This document shows, piece after piece, positions 51,909 to 64,000 of a DNA stretch of 64,000 nt. The notes below the pieces were generated by a model that saw only the letters and a program-made list of their open reading frames with translations, made no database searches and had not been told where the DNA came from. How positions within the stretch are numbered: position 1 is the first letter of the stretch; each line of letters opens with the position of its first letter. The stretch is from Ylistrum balloti (Eukaryota), in contig NW_026782600.1 of assembly GCF_031769215.1 (NCBI RefSeq), positions 62,001 to 126,000 on the forward strand. The letters run 5' to 3'. The position numbers and the translations under genes are program-made.

Positions 51909-52660
51909 CTCGGGAGACACCAACAGCCAGGGTCATATTTGGACGGGTGTCAATAGGGACATCAAATGAATGTTTAGGGCGTACCAACAGCCAGGGTCAT
52001 ACGGGGACGTGTGATAAGGGAGACGGGGTTACATAAGGACGGGCATATGGAGAGACACTAACAGCTAAGGTCATTTTAGGACGTATGTCTAGAGAGACAC
52101 CAACAGTCGGGGTAATATGAGGACAGGTGTCTAGATAGACACCAAGAGTCAGGGTCATATGAGGACAGGTGTCTAGGGAGACAACAACAACCTGGGTCAT
52201 ATGAGGACAGGTGTCTAGAGAGACACCAACAGTCGGGGTCATATGAGGACAGGTGTCTAGGGAGACACCAACAGTTGGGGTAGTATGAGGACAGGTGTCT
52301 AGGGAGACACGAACAGTCGGGGTCATATGAGGATAGATGTCTAGAGAGACACCAGCAGTCGAGGTAATATGAGGACAGGTGTCTAGATAGACACCAGCAG
52401 TCGGGGTAATATGAGGACAAGTGTCTAGGGAGACACCAACAGTCGGGGTAATGTGAGGACTGGTGTCTAGAGAGACACCAACAGTCGGGGTCATTTGAGG
52501 ACAGGTGTCTAGGGAGACACCAACAGTCGGGGTCATACGAGGACAGGTGTTGACAGCAAGGGTCCTTTAAGGACAGATGTCATGAGGGACACCAAGAACG
52601 GGGGTAATATCTGCAGACAGGTGTCTTGGGAGACAACAATAGACAGGGTCATAAAGGAAC
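51909..52660. repeat. 42-bp satellite (about 18 units) derived from the adjacent 32-bp unit
   Basis: Unit ctagggagacaccaacagtcggggtcatatgaggacaggtgt, i.e. the 32-mer plus about 10 bp; explains track ORFs 51997-52536 and 52076-52420. Confidence 0.95.
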
Positions 52661-54630
52661 AGGAGTCCAGAGGAACAACAAGATAGCAGATAGGAAATAA
52701 AGTAGCACATCAAGCGCACAAGTGTGTATTGGGGCAAACGTATCTGTTTTTGGTGTCTTCAATATCCCCTTGGTAGAAAACAAGCAAGAAACTCGCCGAC
52801 ACTGCAGGTATTCGAGGTAGGCAGAGACACATCTCGTCTCTTTCTACGACCATGAAGTGATATAGTTGCCCCACAATTAATCGCCTATTACGATATGCTC
52901 GATACAGCAGACATATTACTCCACACTCCAGCACGGGCTTCTAAATAGCAAAACGTAACAATCAAAATGAATCTACCTTTCTCCAAAATTTGAATCGTTT
53001 AAACATTAATTTTCCAGTTTTCTTTTAAATATGTTAATAAATCGTAGAAATTATTTGAAAAAAAAACATGACGTTTAGAATTGGCATGAAGCCAACGGGG
53101 ACAATATCTTCCATATCAATCATAATATTGTATACTAGTTTTCAAAAGGGGTTAGAGGAGACTGGAATTGAGGCGGCCTCTTATCATTTATATGGCGATG
53201 AATGCGATCGGATCAGTGTCATTTTTTCTCTTCACATCACATGTCATCGTAAATTCATACGAAGATGTATTTCTAAGACAATTCTATAGACTATCATAGA
53301 GAAATACTATCTTGTCTTGTCTTATAGATAGGATATTACATGAGTTTTCACTTTTGATCACATGGTCATTATTTATTTCATCTAATTATTTAATTAATTA
53401 ATTAATTATTCTTTGTATGAGATAATACAGGGCATAAGTATGCACATATATGTAATAGAACACACAAACATTCACTTACAACACAAAACAAATAATAAAG
53501 AGAACAAAAACAAAAACAAACATAAAAGAAGAAAAAAAACACGCACATTTACTGAAATGTAGAGGATGGTCTTTTTGTGACCAACAGTGCAGCGCTTGAA
53601 TGCTATATTGAACATGCACTTATGACATATTTTGTTTTTAAAATTTTAGATAAGTTTATGAACCTGGTACGCCCCAATTTGTGTAAGTTCCAGATAAAAT
53701 TCGTCTGAAGGTCAGTCCTATCGGGCCTTTGTTAAACCTTACTTCGCCGTCTGTGTTTCCTGTCATACAGCCTTATCTTACACTGTACCTGTCATTTCAT
53801 TCCTCTGTAAATTCAAGATTTCGAGATTTTTATTTTGTACTCAGTCACACTAATGTGTTCAACAGTAACTGTGATTTTACATCAGTAAGACATTTCCCTA
53901 GTGTTTACAGAGTACGATTTAGATACACAGTGAACTGTTTTGTAAACTGCTAATAAATATTTGGCAGTTTGTAAACCACATTGTGGGATAGATGGTAAAT
54001 GTTTGTTTTTCTTTAAATATGTGTATAGTCTATCACGTGTTGAAAATATCCATGATAACCGAGAGGAAATAAATTTCCTTACATTGTAAGATTTTTCTAC
54101 TGTTGTATGAGCACCTGTGCTTTTCTTTGTTTTTATTTTTACTATCCTTTTTTTTCCCGTTTTGTTTGTTTTTCGATTATACTTTATTGCTGTTGATCAT
54201 AACATTTTGTATACGTATATTTGTTCATTAACAGATATTAATTCATTCATTTATCTATCTATTTACTTATCTCGAAAAAAGAAATGTAAAAATAGAATAC
54301 AACATTCAATATATCCTACAAACAGTAGACCCCATCGACAATTTCTTCGAATTCAGCAGGAAATCCTGCTAAGTGCTTGAACAAATCTCGGTATGAATGT
54401 AACATATCTAGGTACATGGATGGTTTATTCGATAAGAATTTGTATAAAGATATCCAAAAATAAGCTTTGTTGATATTTATATATGTAACCTTTTGGTAGA
54501 GTGGATTATTTAGATGGTTTCATGTGTAGCAGCTCTATTTATTTAACTAATTTTTGTATTCATTAATGTACTTATTGAATAATTATGACACTCTATCGAC
54601 TTTTCGGAATCGGCTTGGATTTGATAAACG

Positions 54631-54710
54631 TCAGTCAATCAATCAATCAATTAATCAATCAATGAATCAATCAATGAATCAACCAACCAACTAATTAATC
54701 ACTCAATCAA
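54631..54710. repeat. Imperfect (TCAA)n microsatellite
   Basis: tcagtcaatcaatcaatcaattaatcaatcaatgaatcaatc...; possibly the tail of a retroelement. Confidence 0.9.
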
Positions 54711-54929
54711 ATATCTCATTTAAGTTTCACATGTTAATACACGTTTACAACAGGTATCTGAGACAAACAAATAAAAATTGATAGTAATATCAATGACTTA
54801 TGAGACTCTGTAATTGATAAAAGAGTTCCATTTTCTACATAAAATAAAAAAAACATACGAATTTAAAAGATTCATATACTATCTATAGGTTATTTACTTT
54901 AGATATAGTTGACAAACATCCCCCTTCTA

Positions 54930-55755
54930 CGTACATACAAAACACCTCTCCTACTTAATAAAACAGAATATCTTGGATATCCATTCATAAATAAAAAAAA
55001 AAAAAATTTATTACAATCTTTGAAAATATCACAGGTGTTTTTTTCCATATGATGGAAGAGACCCAATTTTAGTCACTATACGAAGGACATTCACACAAAA
55101 AATGAACTGCGGTCTCCACTGAGTTAGTGCAAAAAAGGACAAAAACTGCTTGTATATAGTGGAATTAGGGGTCTGCTATATCGACCAATCTCTCTATCCG
55201 TAAGGGGGAGTTACCATGTCAATAACTTGGTCAGAGCACTACGGAAGGAACTATGTATGCCCTGTTTGGGTTTTTAGTTTCCTGTATGTATGCAAGTTGT
55301 TTTCATTTACATGCCCACGGTCGTACCAAAGTCATCTTCATCCTTCTATCTAACATTAGCAATAAAGACATTTAAACAATACGACGAGGGCTTGACTCCG
55401 GATTCCAAAATGTTACGTAAGTTATATTTTTCACTGAGTCGAATGGCGTGGACATCCCACGAGTTATGTCTACACTTTGACTAAATGTGAATTTTGTTTA
55501 CTAATCGTTCGTGATCAACAGAATTAACACGGCAGTACAGGCGTAAAACTTCAAATCTTTGTTTACTAACCACCCATTTCACCAATAACGCCAATGTTCG
55601 ATGGATTTTTGTCGCACTCATAAACTCCTTCATCTCTCGATTGTGGACCTTACCAAATGGCAGAGTAAAATAATAAAACAGAAGAGGTAGTTCCATCAGC
55701 ATGGTAAAACTTGGAAATTAGAAGTCCAATGGCTTTGCTAGCAGATTTAACGTAT
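54930..55755 (-). mobile_element. Decayed LINE ORF2, C-terminal part (clade unassigned; L2/RTE-X-like)
   Basis: Frame-hopping translation: VKSASKAIGLLISKF...SAIW; KVHNREMKEFM...SNIGVIGEMG; RFEVLRLYCRV...ERLVNKI; RSALTKL...LP...EIGRY...FCPF; SVETAVHFLCECPSYSD; FLFM...SRRGVLY. These match post-RT and CCHC motifs of invertebrate LINEs; many stops and frameshifts. Confidence 0.8.
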
Positions 55756-55774
55756 ATGGGTATAATGATTCTTT

Positions 55775-56160
55775 AATTAGTCACAGTTTTAACTATGGAG
55801 TCGGATAGTTGGAAACAAGTTTTGGACAACCCAATTGTGAAACCATGTATTCTTTAGTCTGTCGGGGTATAACCCAGTTGTCTGTTCCATGTCATGTTTA
55901 ATGCGACATCGTCAACCGTCGTCCGAAGTAAGCTCTATAACGGGTTGGAGAAACATGGTATGTTACATGGTGTACAAAATGGTTTCTGCAGGGACAGAAA
56001 TTGTCAGGACCATGTAAACCCGCTTTATTGTATCGTGAATAGTCAAATCATCACTAAACAGTGGACGTATTTATGTTTTATAGACCTACATAACGTACGG
56101 CCATCAGTGTAATACACACCGCCACAGTCTGGCTTAAAGGTTCAATTGATAATGGCGTGT
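55775..56160 (+). mobile_element. Decayed LINE reverse transcriptase N-terminal part (domains about 0-3), inverted relative to the adjacent piece
   Basis: Frame-hopping translation: SWKQVLDNPIVK; RGITQLSVPCHV; CDIVNRR; LEKHGMLHGVQNGFCRDRNCQDH...TYLCFIDL (track ORF 55894-56112). Matches the WxxxxIxPIxK / YRGITLLS / QNGFRxxRSCxDH / FIDxxKAFD series. Confidence 0.8.
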
Positions 56161-56965
56161 TTGATGTTTACATATTGTGTCCGTGTCAACATTTTTCTGT
56201 CATGTGCTATCGGAATGTTTTTTTTTTTTTAAATGATAGGTGACACATCACTAACACTATATAATGATATACTTCTATTACGTACGAATGTCTCGGACAC
56301 GATCTGACCTAGACGTAGACTACGTGATAATGATCAATATTGACTGTTAGAAAGCCATCGCAACATTTGGGTCATGTGATGACCCCGTTTCGTTACTGAT
56401 CCCAGTCGTTTCTTGCCTCAGTGTGAACATTGGTGATGATTCTTGGAGTCACGTCACTTTGACAATAACAAGGCATACACTGTATTGCCAAGCGAAAGTC
56501 AGCTGTTAAATTATCAAGACTTGATTTCTTCAAAGTAGCAGGCAATCTGAGAAACGGTTGATGTTTCATTCATTCCGCCCCTTACTTTAGGAGTTTAGGC
56601 CTTGTAATTAACGTGGCCTTGTTTTCGATTTGTATCGTTTTAAATTGCTACTTTTCATCGATTACTGAATTCTCCCTACCTTGGTGCATGTTATAAATTG
56701 AACTGCCCCTACCTAGGGAGGTGTAATAGATTGAATCCCTCTACTCGTTATTATTAATAGATTGAATCCCTCTACTCACAGACGTGAAATGAATTTTGTT
56801 CTCCCTACCCAGAGGCGTATAATACCGTATGTGGAATTCTCCAGGGACGTATAATAAAATTGATTCCTTCCTCCCCATGGGCTTGTAATAGACTAAAATT
56901 TTTCCAATCCAGAGACATTTAAATGATCATTTCTTATTGCACTACACGTCCTTGCGTTACCAAAT

Positions 56966-57090
56966 CAGTCCTGAAGCAAGAGGAAATTTTTAATCTTCTA
57001 GGGAATGTCAGGACCAGTCCTGAAGCAAGAGGGAAATTCTTAATCTTCTAGGGAGAGTCAGGACCAGTCCTAAAGCAAGAGTGAAATGTC
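56966..57090. repeat. About 50-bp tandem repeat, 2.5 copies
   Basis: cagtcctgaagcaagagg...aatcttctaggga..gtcagga starting at 56966, 57015 and 57065. Confidence 0.85.
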
Positions 57091-57879
57091 CTAGCCAGAA
57101 TTGTGTTAACGTCAGCTAGATTATCAAAACTTTTACAATGTATATTCTGTTTCAACTGTTCTACAATTTTCTTCATATGTTGAACAATAATCACTTTCTA
57201 GGGTAAATGAGATGAGTCAGCTGTATCTACGAGGTCTCTTTTGTGAGGTTATATGGCACGAGTAAAAATACGAAAAAACTTTTTATTGACATTATGATAT
57301 ATCAATGACGTCATAATCTGCCCTTAATGGTCAGATCGGTTCATTCTCACATAGCCTGCATTTGAAATTACCTGGTACCACCTAGCCTGCGTGGCATATT
57401 TCACACCTACGTGACTTGAAACATGGTCTTTTCCCTATTTGTCATATATCATAAAACTAGAGAGAGCTGAGCATGATATTAAAATATAAAGATTATTTAT
57501 TGAATATGTGCGTGGAAATAATGGATGAACCCAAACACATAAGTATTTTATTCATATATGAAATTAAATATCGTTATTATAGTATTATAAGTAATTCAAA
57601 TTATCTTTATCAACATTAATTTAATGTAATAACGAAAACAAAATCATGATAATGTGCCTTATTTATTTCCTAACTATGTATACATACACATGTACATGAA
57701 AATTACAAGGACCCGTGTTTGTGATCCGATGACAACTATTTCTCCTATTGAATATAGTATGTTGTGTACACAGATAGTACCGTGTAGTAGAAACAATATT
57801 CATTCCATTTCATGATGCCGAACGCACACGTAGATTTTTTTTTAGGAAAATGGTAGATGTGGTCCTTTGTTTTTCTATA

Positions 57880-58830
57880 GATAATAGGCACAATGACTGT
57901 GTTTATTGAATGTGTGTCTCGTCAATGTCTGGCTACAATGGAGACTCTGAACAATATCCCAGTGACTTTTAGACAGAACCACACTTATCCTGCAGGTCCG
58001 ATTGTTCTAGCTTTGAATGCATTAATCAACAATATCTAACAGTATCGTAATGAAGTGATGAAGTGAAGTCATCCCAGCTATCTATGATACTGAAATAGGC
58101 GAATTACGAGACAGAGACTCTGACGATGATGATGGAAATATATAAGGTAGGATACCAAACCTTCGAGAGTTTAAGACATCCCGCTACAGAAGCTGCGCTG
58201 AGGTTCTACCAAAATAACATCGTACGGAACTCATAGCAATTTATGTTGTGTGATGATCTTGACACCAACGTTACAGGATTTTTACATTTGCAACAGATGA
58301 CACTGTGAAGAAACTTTGAAAGTTGTTACAGTGTTTAGTGATAACACATCTTATTCTTGTCCATGATTTTTTCCGACATTGTGAAGAAACTTTGAAAGTT
58401 GTTACAGTGTTTGGTGATGATACATTTTATTTCCTGTCCATGAGTGTTCAGACAATGTGAAGAAACTTCGAAAGTTGTTACAGTGTTTGGTGATGAAACA
58501 TTTAATTCTTATCCATGATTTTTTCCGACATTGTGAAGAAACTGTGAAAGTTGTTACAGTGTTTGGTGATGATACATCTTATTCTTGTCCATGCTTGTTT
58601 AGCCAGCTATATTCACTACGTGGATATGTTGATGGAGGTATACCGTGTATGTTCCCACTAGTGGTTGCCTTGCCGCCCAACAAGACGGAATTTACCTAAC
58701 TAGATTCTTCACGATTTATATTTATGATTGTGAAATCACACCAGAAGATACAGGCAACAGATGAGGCCGACATGATCCAACTTGCAACTTGAGGAAACAA
58801 CGACCATTAGATAGAGAAAATACGTTCAGC
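57880..58830 (+). pseudogene. Decayed FLYWCH-MULE (Mutator-like) transposase
   Basis: Frame-hopping translation: VY*xC..CLATMETLNNIP..NH (FLYWCH-like); IPAIYDTEI; IPNLREFKTSRYRS..LPK; FMLCDD..RIFTFATDD; VFGDDTSYSCPCLFSQLYSLRG..FPLVVALPPNKT..RFF; QKIQATDEADMIQLA. The middle of the catalytic domain appears deleted. Confidence 0.8.
58298..58592. repeat. 76-bp tandem repeat, 4 copies, inside the MULE remnant
   Basis: tgtgaagaaac anchors at 58304, 58380, 58456 and 58532. Confidence 0.93.
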
Positions 58831-58971
58831 TGAATGTTCGTCGGAGACAAGTTGAGGGCAGTAAATGGTCTGCTTGGAGTTGTTGCATTTGGTGTTGTAG
58901 TATCACTCTTGTCACATTTGGATCGGTCCATAGGTCTTATTTACATATAAAGTATGTCTTGTATGCATAGC

Positions 58972-59519
58972 GATGTGTATTGTAACCCTCAAGGACACGG
59001 TATAAAATTCTATGATGTGTATTGTGTACGTGGTGTGCTGAACTGACCCTCAAGGACATGGTATGAAATTCTATGATGTGTATTGTGTACATATTGTGAT
59101 AGACTGACCCTATTGTGTACATATTGTGATAGATTGACCCTCAAGGACATGGTATAAAATTCTATGATGTGTATTGCGTACGTGGTGTGATAAACTGACC
59201 CTCAAGGACATGGTATAAAATTCTGTGATGTGTATTGTGTACATATTGTGATAGACTGACCCTCAAGGACATGGTATAAAATTCTGTGATGTGTATTGTG
59301 TACATATTGTGATAGACTGACCCTCAAGGACATGGTATAAAATTCTGTGATGTGTATTGTGTACATATTGTGATAGACTGACCCTCAAGGACATGGTATA
59401 AAATTCTATGATGTGTATTGTGTACGTGGTGTGATAAACTGACCCTCAAGGACATGGTATAAAATTCTATGATGTGTATTGTGTATATATTGTGATAGAC
59501 TGACCCTCAAGGACATGGT
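58972..59519. repeat. 61-bp minisatellite (about 9 copies)
   Basis: Unit gaccctcaaggacatggtataaaattctatgatgtgtattgtgtacatattgtgatagact; period measured 59258 to 59319. Confidence 0.95.
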
Positions 59520-61069
59520 TTAGAATTCAGTGGAAGGCAAACTTTTATGAATGAAACAATAGATTTACCTGTAACCAATGCCTATTGTTTAACACCAACA
59601 CCCGATCTCACCTAATTTGCACGGAAAACCCTACTTTTATTTATAAAAATACCAAATACAAAGTGAGAAGCCACCGTGACGTGACAGGATTTTTCAAAAG
59701 ACCAAGAATGTTATGACGCTGTGGTTATAATAATGATGTATAAGTATTATTATGTACTGATGATATGATATTAGAATTAACATAACGACATACTAAATGG
59801 AAATATTGACACGCTATAGAAAACCCTACAAGGAGAACAAATAACAGTATGAATAGTCAACTAGGTCTTTGTGAATACCTTTCTGTTTCCCTGGAGACAC
59901 ACAAAATGAACAGTGTACTTAGAGATTCTGAACAAGTAATTATGTATATAGGAGACATTTGGTTTCAACACTGTACGAGTCTGTTGCTTGGTTAGAGGTT
60001 ATATTTGGCAAAAAAACTTCATTTCATGTAAAACGGAGAATGTGTGATTACCTCTCTCTCCTGATTTAGGCCTTAGATTTTAAAATTCAAATTTTCCTCC
60101 TTGGTACATCAATCCATACACATTTATTGATATCCGCTGTTTTTCGAGAAGTGCTGGGTGGATCTTTCCAAAAAATATCATATGTAGGTTCCCCTTGGTC
60201 CTAGGTCTTTCTCAGATTCATGTCTTTATTGCCTTCAGTCCCTAGTGGTGCCTTTTTGATTTGGGGATAAAGGTCGTCATCGCTATGGTAGCACTAGCAA
60301 CACAGTATCTCGGTGTAGATATTTCTGTTCGTTAGATTTTCCCATTGCGAAGGTCTTATTTAAGCCTAGAAAATCAATCCTCGTGAAAAATGGTCATGTC
60401 ATTTTGAAGTGGACAATGTGGGGCTTCGTATTTGTCAGAATAAAAATTTTGCAATGTGGGCAGTCTCGACTCTGTAGCTACACACAAAACAGTACAGAAA
60501 ACGAAATTTCCTTAGTGTGAACAAAGTCAGACTTTGCTGGAACGTAAGTTATTTGTTATCATGACAGTATCGTAATTTTCAGACAGGTATTCAGACATAA
60601 ATCCTCCCATGCAGTTGTAGTTTTGGGTTGAAATTAGTGATACTTTTGCATTTTACCAGTTTCTGAGTTGCTTTCATGTTGAAAAATGCAGCCAAAATTC
60701 ATATAAAAAGCCATTACTTTTGAGAAAAGTACTGTTTTGGACACTTCAATTTTCATACTTGCTTAAAAGTTGGCCGCAGTCGATATCTTTCAAAAGGAGG
60801 ATTCTTGGAAAAAATGAAAACCGGTCATTTTGCACATTTGCTTAAAAAACCAAGAAACACTGATTTTTTTTTCATTTTCGTTAAATATTGACAGCTTAAT
60901 AACCAAAAGTCTATAGGTCTTGCTATTTGACAAGGTTGTTGATCATGTCAATTTGTATCAGTTCGGTTAACATTGCTGACCTTGACCTCTGTCCAAGGTT
61001 ACACAAATGAAATTTGTTGAAATAAAGACATTTTTGTGCAAGTTTCACAATTTGAATATTTAGTTAGCA

Positions 61070-62314
61070 GCTTTATACAAATCTTTTGACGATGGTCAAT
61101 AAAGTGACCTTATTCGATAGATTATGAATATTGATATTGACAGGTTTGCCTTTTGTCAGTTCCGATCCATAATTTTTGGCACTTTGAGAAACTAATAAGA
61201 GATAGAACAGTTGCAGTTTGCAGCACATTGCATTGGGTTTTAGTATAGCAGAACTGCTCAAATGATTGCTTGTTTGAACTTGAGTGTTGCATGCACATAA
61301 ATTGGTCCACGTACAGCATTCAAGGAAGCAGTAGCTACTTTAACCAGTTCCTCTATGACACTAAGGAAGTAGTTTGAGCTGAGTTGTTCTCTGAACACTT
61401 TCTACTGTTTCAGTCGACCATGGTAGCTCTGCACAACCCATCTTGACTTAGTACACTGGCGGTCCTCGTCGGCAGTAAGTGTATCATGCTGTGTCTGACC
61501 TGACAGAAGATAGGAAGGAATGTACACAGAAAACCCTGAACCTCGCAGCAGCTCCAACACATCCATATACCACGGTCAACAACGGGTTATGTGTCTTTGA
61601 CCAAGTAAATGGGGCACAATGGTCTGGCTCAAGGCTTTTAAGACACTATGGAATGTGTGAGACACATACTGTTTTTTGTCAGACCTTTGAAGACACCAAG
61701 TTGAGACCATGAAATATTGGTCTTCAGTTTAATCCAGAAAAGAAACAAAGCATAGAATGTAGAGGAACATGATCCTCTATTGATGTGTGAGGAGCAAATG
61801 CTATGGATTTGCTGCATTTTTTCAAGTGTGTAACCAGTCCATGCTTTGAATTCTTCATTTCTGAGATGGTCTACATCTATGCCTGTGTTGGAAAAATATC
61901 AAGTTTGTCCTGGCACGCTGGGGTATAGTACATAGCCCAGTGTCCCTTTTCCACATGTGACACATCTTTTACGTGAATTGCCACCATAAAGTATTTTCTC
62001 AACAGAGATTAGTGGTAATTGGTTGGATGACATGAAATCAGTGTAAGCATCATATGCATCATTTGCCATGTCATTTGGAGTGCTCATTCCAAAAGGTTCA
62101 TAAATTCAGACTGCAATGGCCTTTGTTTGAGGTACCGCTTGTAGCACTTTCCACATAATATGCTTTCTGCTGTTATGCTAATGACCTCAGCAGTCAGCAG
62201 CTGGTGCAGCCAGTTATACTGGGGTATATATACATGTCTTACTTGAGCTCGGGCTCCTTGAGATAATTCTTTCGACCTGGTTTTGCAACCACGACCTATG
62301 CACACGTCTGACAT
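61070..62314 (-). pseudogene. Decayed, internally deleted PIF/Harbinger/ISL2EU-type (DDE_Tnp_4) transposase
   Basis: Frame-hopping translation: Cys-rich N-terminus (CIGRGC..LCGKCY; RKRCVTCGK..IPQRAR); HTH_Tnp_4-like NEEFKAWTGYT..ALFLFWIKLKTNISWSQLG; YVSHTFHSVLKAL..VPHLLG..ITR; VDRG(Y)MDV..IPSYL..GQTQ..TKSRWVVQSYHGRLKQ*KVF..LNAV. No TIRs identified. Confidence 0.8.
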
Positions 62315-64000
62315 GATTTAATACAGAATGTCTGACATAAGTGTAACTTTGTCTATGTAATTGTTCATAGATACTTAGCAAAAATGGTGTGAATACTTTA
62401 TAGTAATACCTTTATACGTTTCGGGAAATTAACATACTTGCACAATCAGATGTCAGACAAGGTTATCATTTCTTGCCTCATTTGTTAATTATTAATTAGA
62501 ATATATAACTAATTTACATCCATTATTGTTATGTTTAATGATAAACGAAGAAAAGTGGAATGACGATAACATGTTATCAGTAATACTGATTATTTAATCA
62601 TTGTTAAGTTTTTATAATACAAACTAAACTGTCAGTTGTTCTTTAGAGGAAAGATTTCTAGTGCAGAAAATACCATGTTAAGTTATACCTACTGAATTTA
62701 ACTTAAAATACTTAATGTGCTTTGGTACTACACAAAACTGGAAAATATAGCTGTATTTGAAACAAAACACAACGAAAAGTAAATCTTCATGATTTTGGCA
62801 AATTATACAATAAGCATGTTTAAATTGCAAAACATACATTTTACCGGTTTTGAAATCACTTAAAATTTATTCAATAGACATATATACGTAGAAAGTTTTT
62901 AAAGAAGTATGAAATATAGACTGAGATTGCAACTGTACAAAATGATCTTGACAAACTTTGATATGTTCTTTATTTTGTGAAAATTTTGCATTTTATTTAA
63001 ATCAAAGTTATCAATATGCTTACATTTTTATGCCAATATAACATATGTGGTATCAAAATAACGGACATTTTATGTACTTTAGGCTGGTATCTAAATGTTG
63101 TCATTTAAAATTCTCATGTAGCAAGTATTTGTCATTATGTTAGGGTACCTTTGTCACTCAACCTGGTGTTATACAAGGAGGTCCAGTATAATTATAAGTA
63201 GTTATAATGACTAAATATTAATGCAGTTGCAGGTTATTTTCATGTATTTACATATGGCGAAAAATGATAGAAATCTATATGGGGGCCAAATGCTGACCCC
63301 ATCTTTTGTGTGTTAGTCCTCTTGGTGTCTAGTTATCTCCCTCCGATTTTGGGACTGATCAGAAAATAAAAATGATCGATAAATAACCATCTTCGATTCG
63401 GCAGTTAAAAATTGTTATCGCTATTTCTTAAGGGAAATGTTCTTTCATATCATTAAGAGCAAAACAGAGGAGAGAAGAGACCAACGTGAAATATATATAG
63501 GGCAAATAAAAAGGAAACGATGGTGGGCACCAATATCCCTTTGTGGTCCCATGTTGTTTATAGGATACGTGGAAAACATCAACAACCTGACTCTTTAAGA
63601 CAAACATAAAGTCTACAACCAAAGGCGATTCTCAAAAGATTTCAGATGGACTGAGGTGATCAAGAACCGTGATTTCCTAGAAAAGACGTCACATGAAACA
63701 AAATAACTAACATTTCAGCAGTGAGTTGAACGATTTCAATATATTTTCATGAAAATTAAAAAAAAAATCTCAAAATAAAATTTGCAAGATAATTAATTCT
63801 ATTGGTTGTTTTATGATAAATATATGTCCGGTTGGCAACACGTATTATGGTTTGCTCTCTATGTTATATATGTTATATATGTAACAGTCATAATTTCGAC
63901 CAGCATTTTATTATCATTTCTAATACTTCATTCCCGTGACGAGTAGTTTGACCTCATAATATAACACATTATTATCCTTTTTAATGTAAATACTACCGAG

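Noticed and set aside
51997-52536. 179-aa ORF of 14-aa repeats (MTPTVGVSLDTCPH) and the overlapping 114-aa ORF
   Set aside because: By-product of a 42-bp unit with no stop in those frames; no splice or promoter support.
52700-52950. CpG-rich coding-looking segment (minus frames give LECGVICL and GRRKRRDV)
   Set aside because: The motifs are in different frames with in-frame stops and no partner exons; may be a decayed exon or TE but cannot be assigned.

Overview
AT-rich eukaryotic genomic DNA, most likely from a bivalve mollusc (inferred from the V-domain SINE and the repeat types). About 41 kb of the window is one minus-strand gene for SNF-related serine/threonine kinase (SNRK). Five core coding exons (47862-47268, 37860-37719, 18003-17797, 17068-16892, 8392-7087) splice with GT-AG sites and matching phases (1,2,2,2) into an 808-aa protein: kinase domain, UBA region, long disordered tail and C-terminal CCSVV CaaX box. 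Two further symmetric phase-2 exon candidates (48 nt at 15917-15870; 483 nt at 14497-14015) lie before the last exon. The donor of the larger one overlaps an in-frame stop, so it could also act as an alternative terminal exon that removes the CaaX box. The introns carry a young V-SINE with a 12-bp TSD, a hAT-like MITE with a 5-bp TSD and several unrelated minisatellites. Upstream of the promoter (about 49.8-64 kb) is a repeat graveyard: a compound 32/42-bp satellite, a LINE remnant whose two halves lie in opposite orientation, a decayed FLYWCH-MULE transposase whose catalytic-Asp segment is amplified four times, and a decayed PIF/Harbinger/ISL2EU-type transposase. No prokaryotic system, CRISPR array, rRNA or true tRNA gene was seen.
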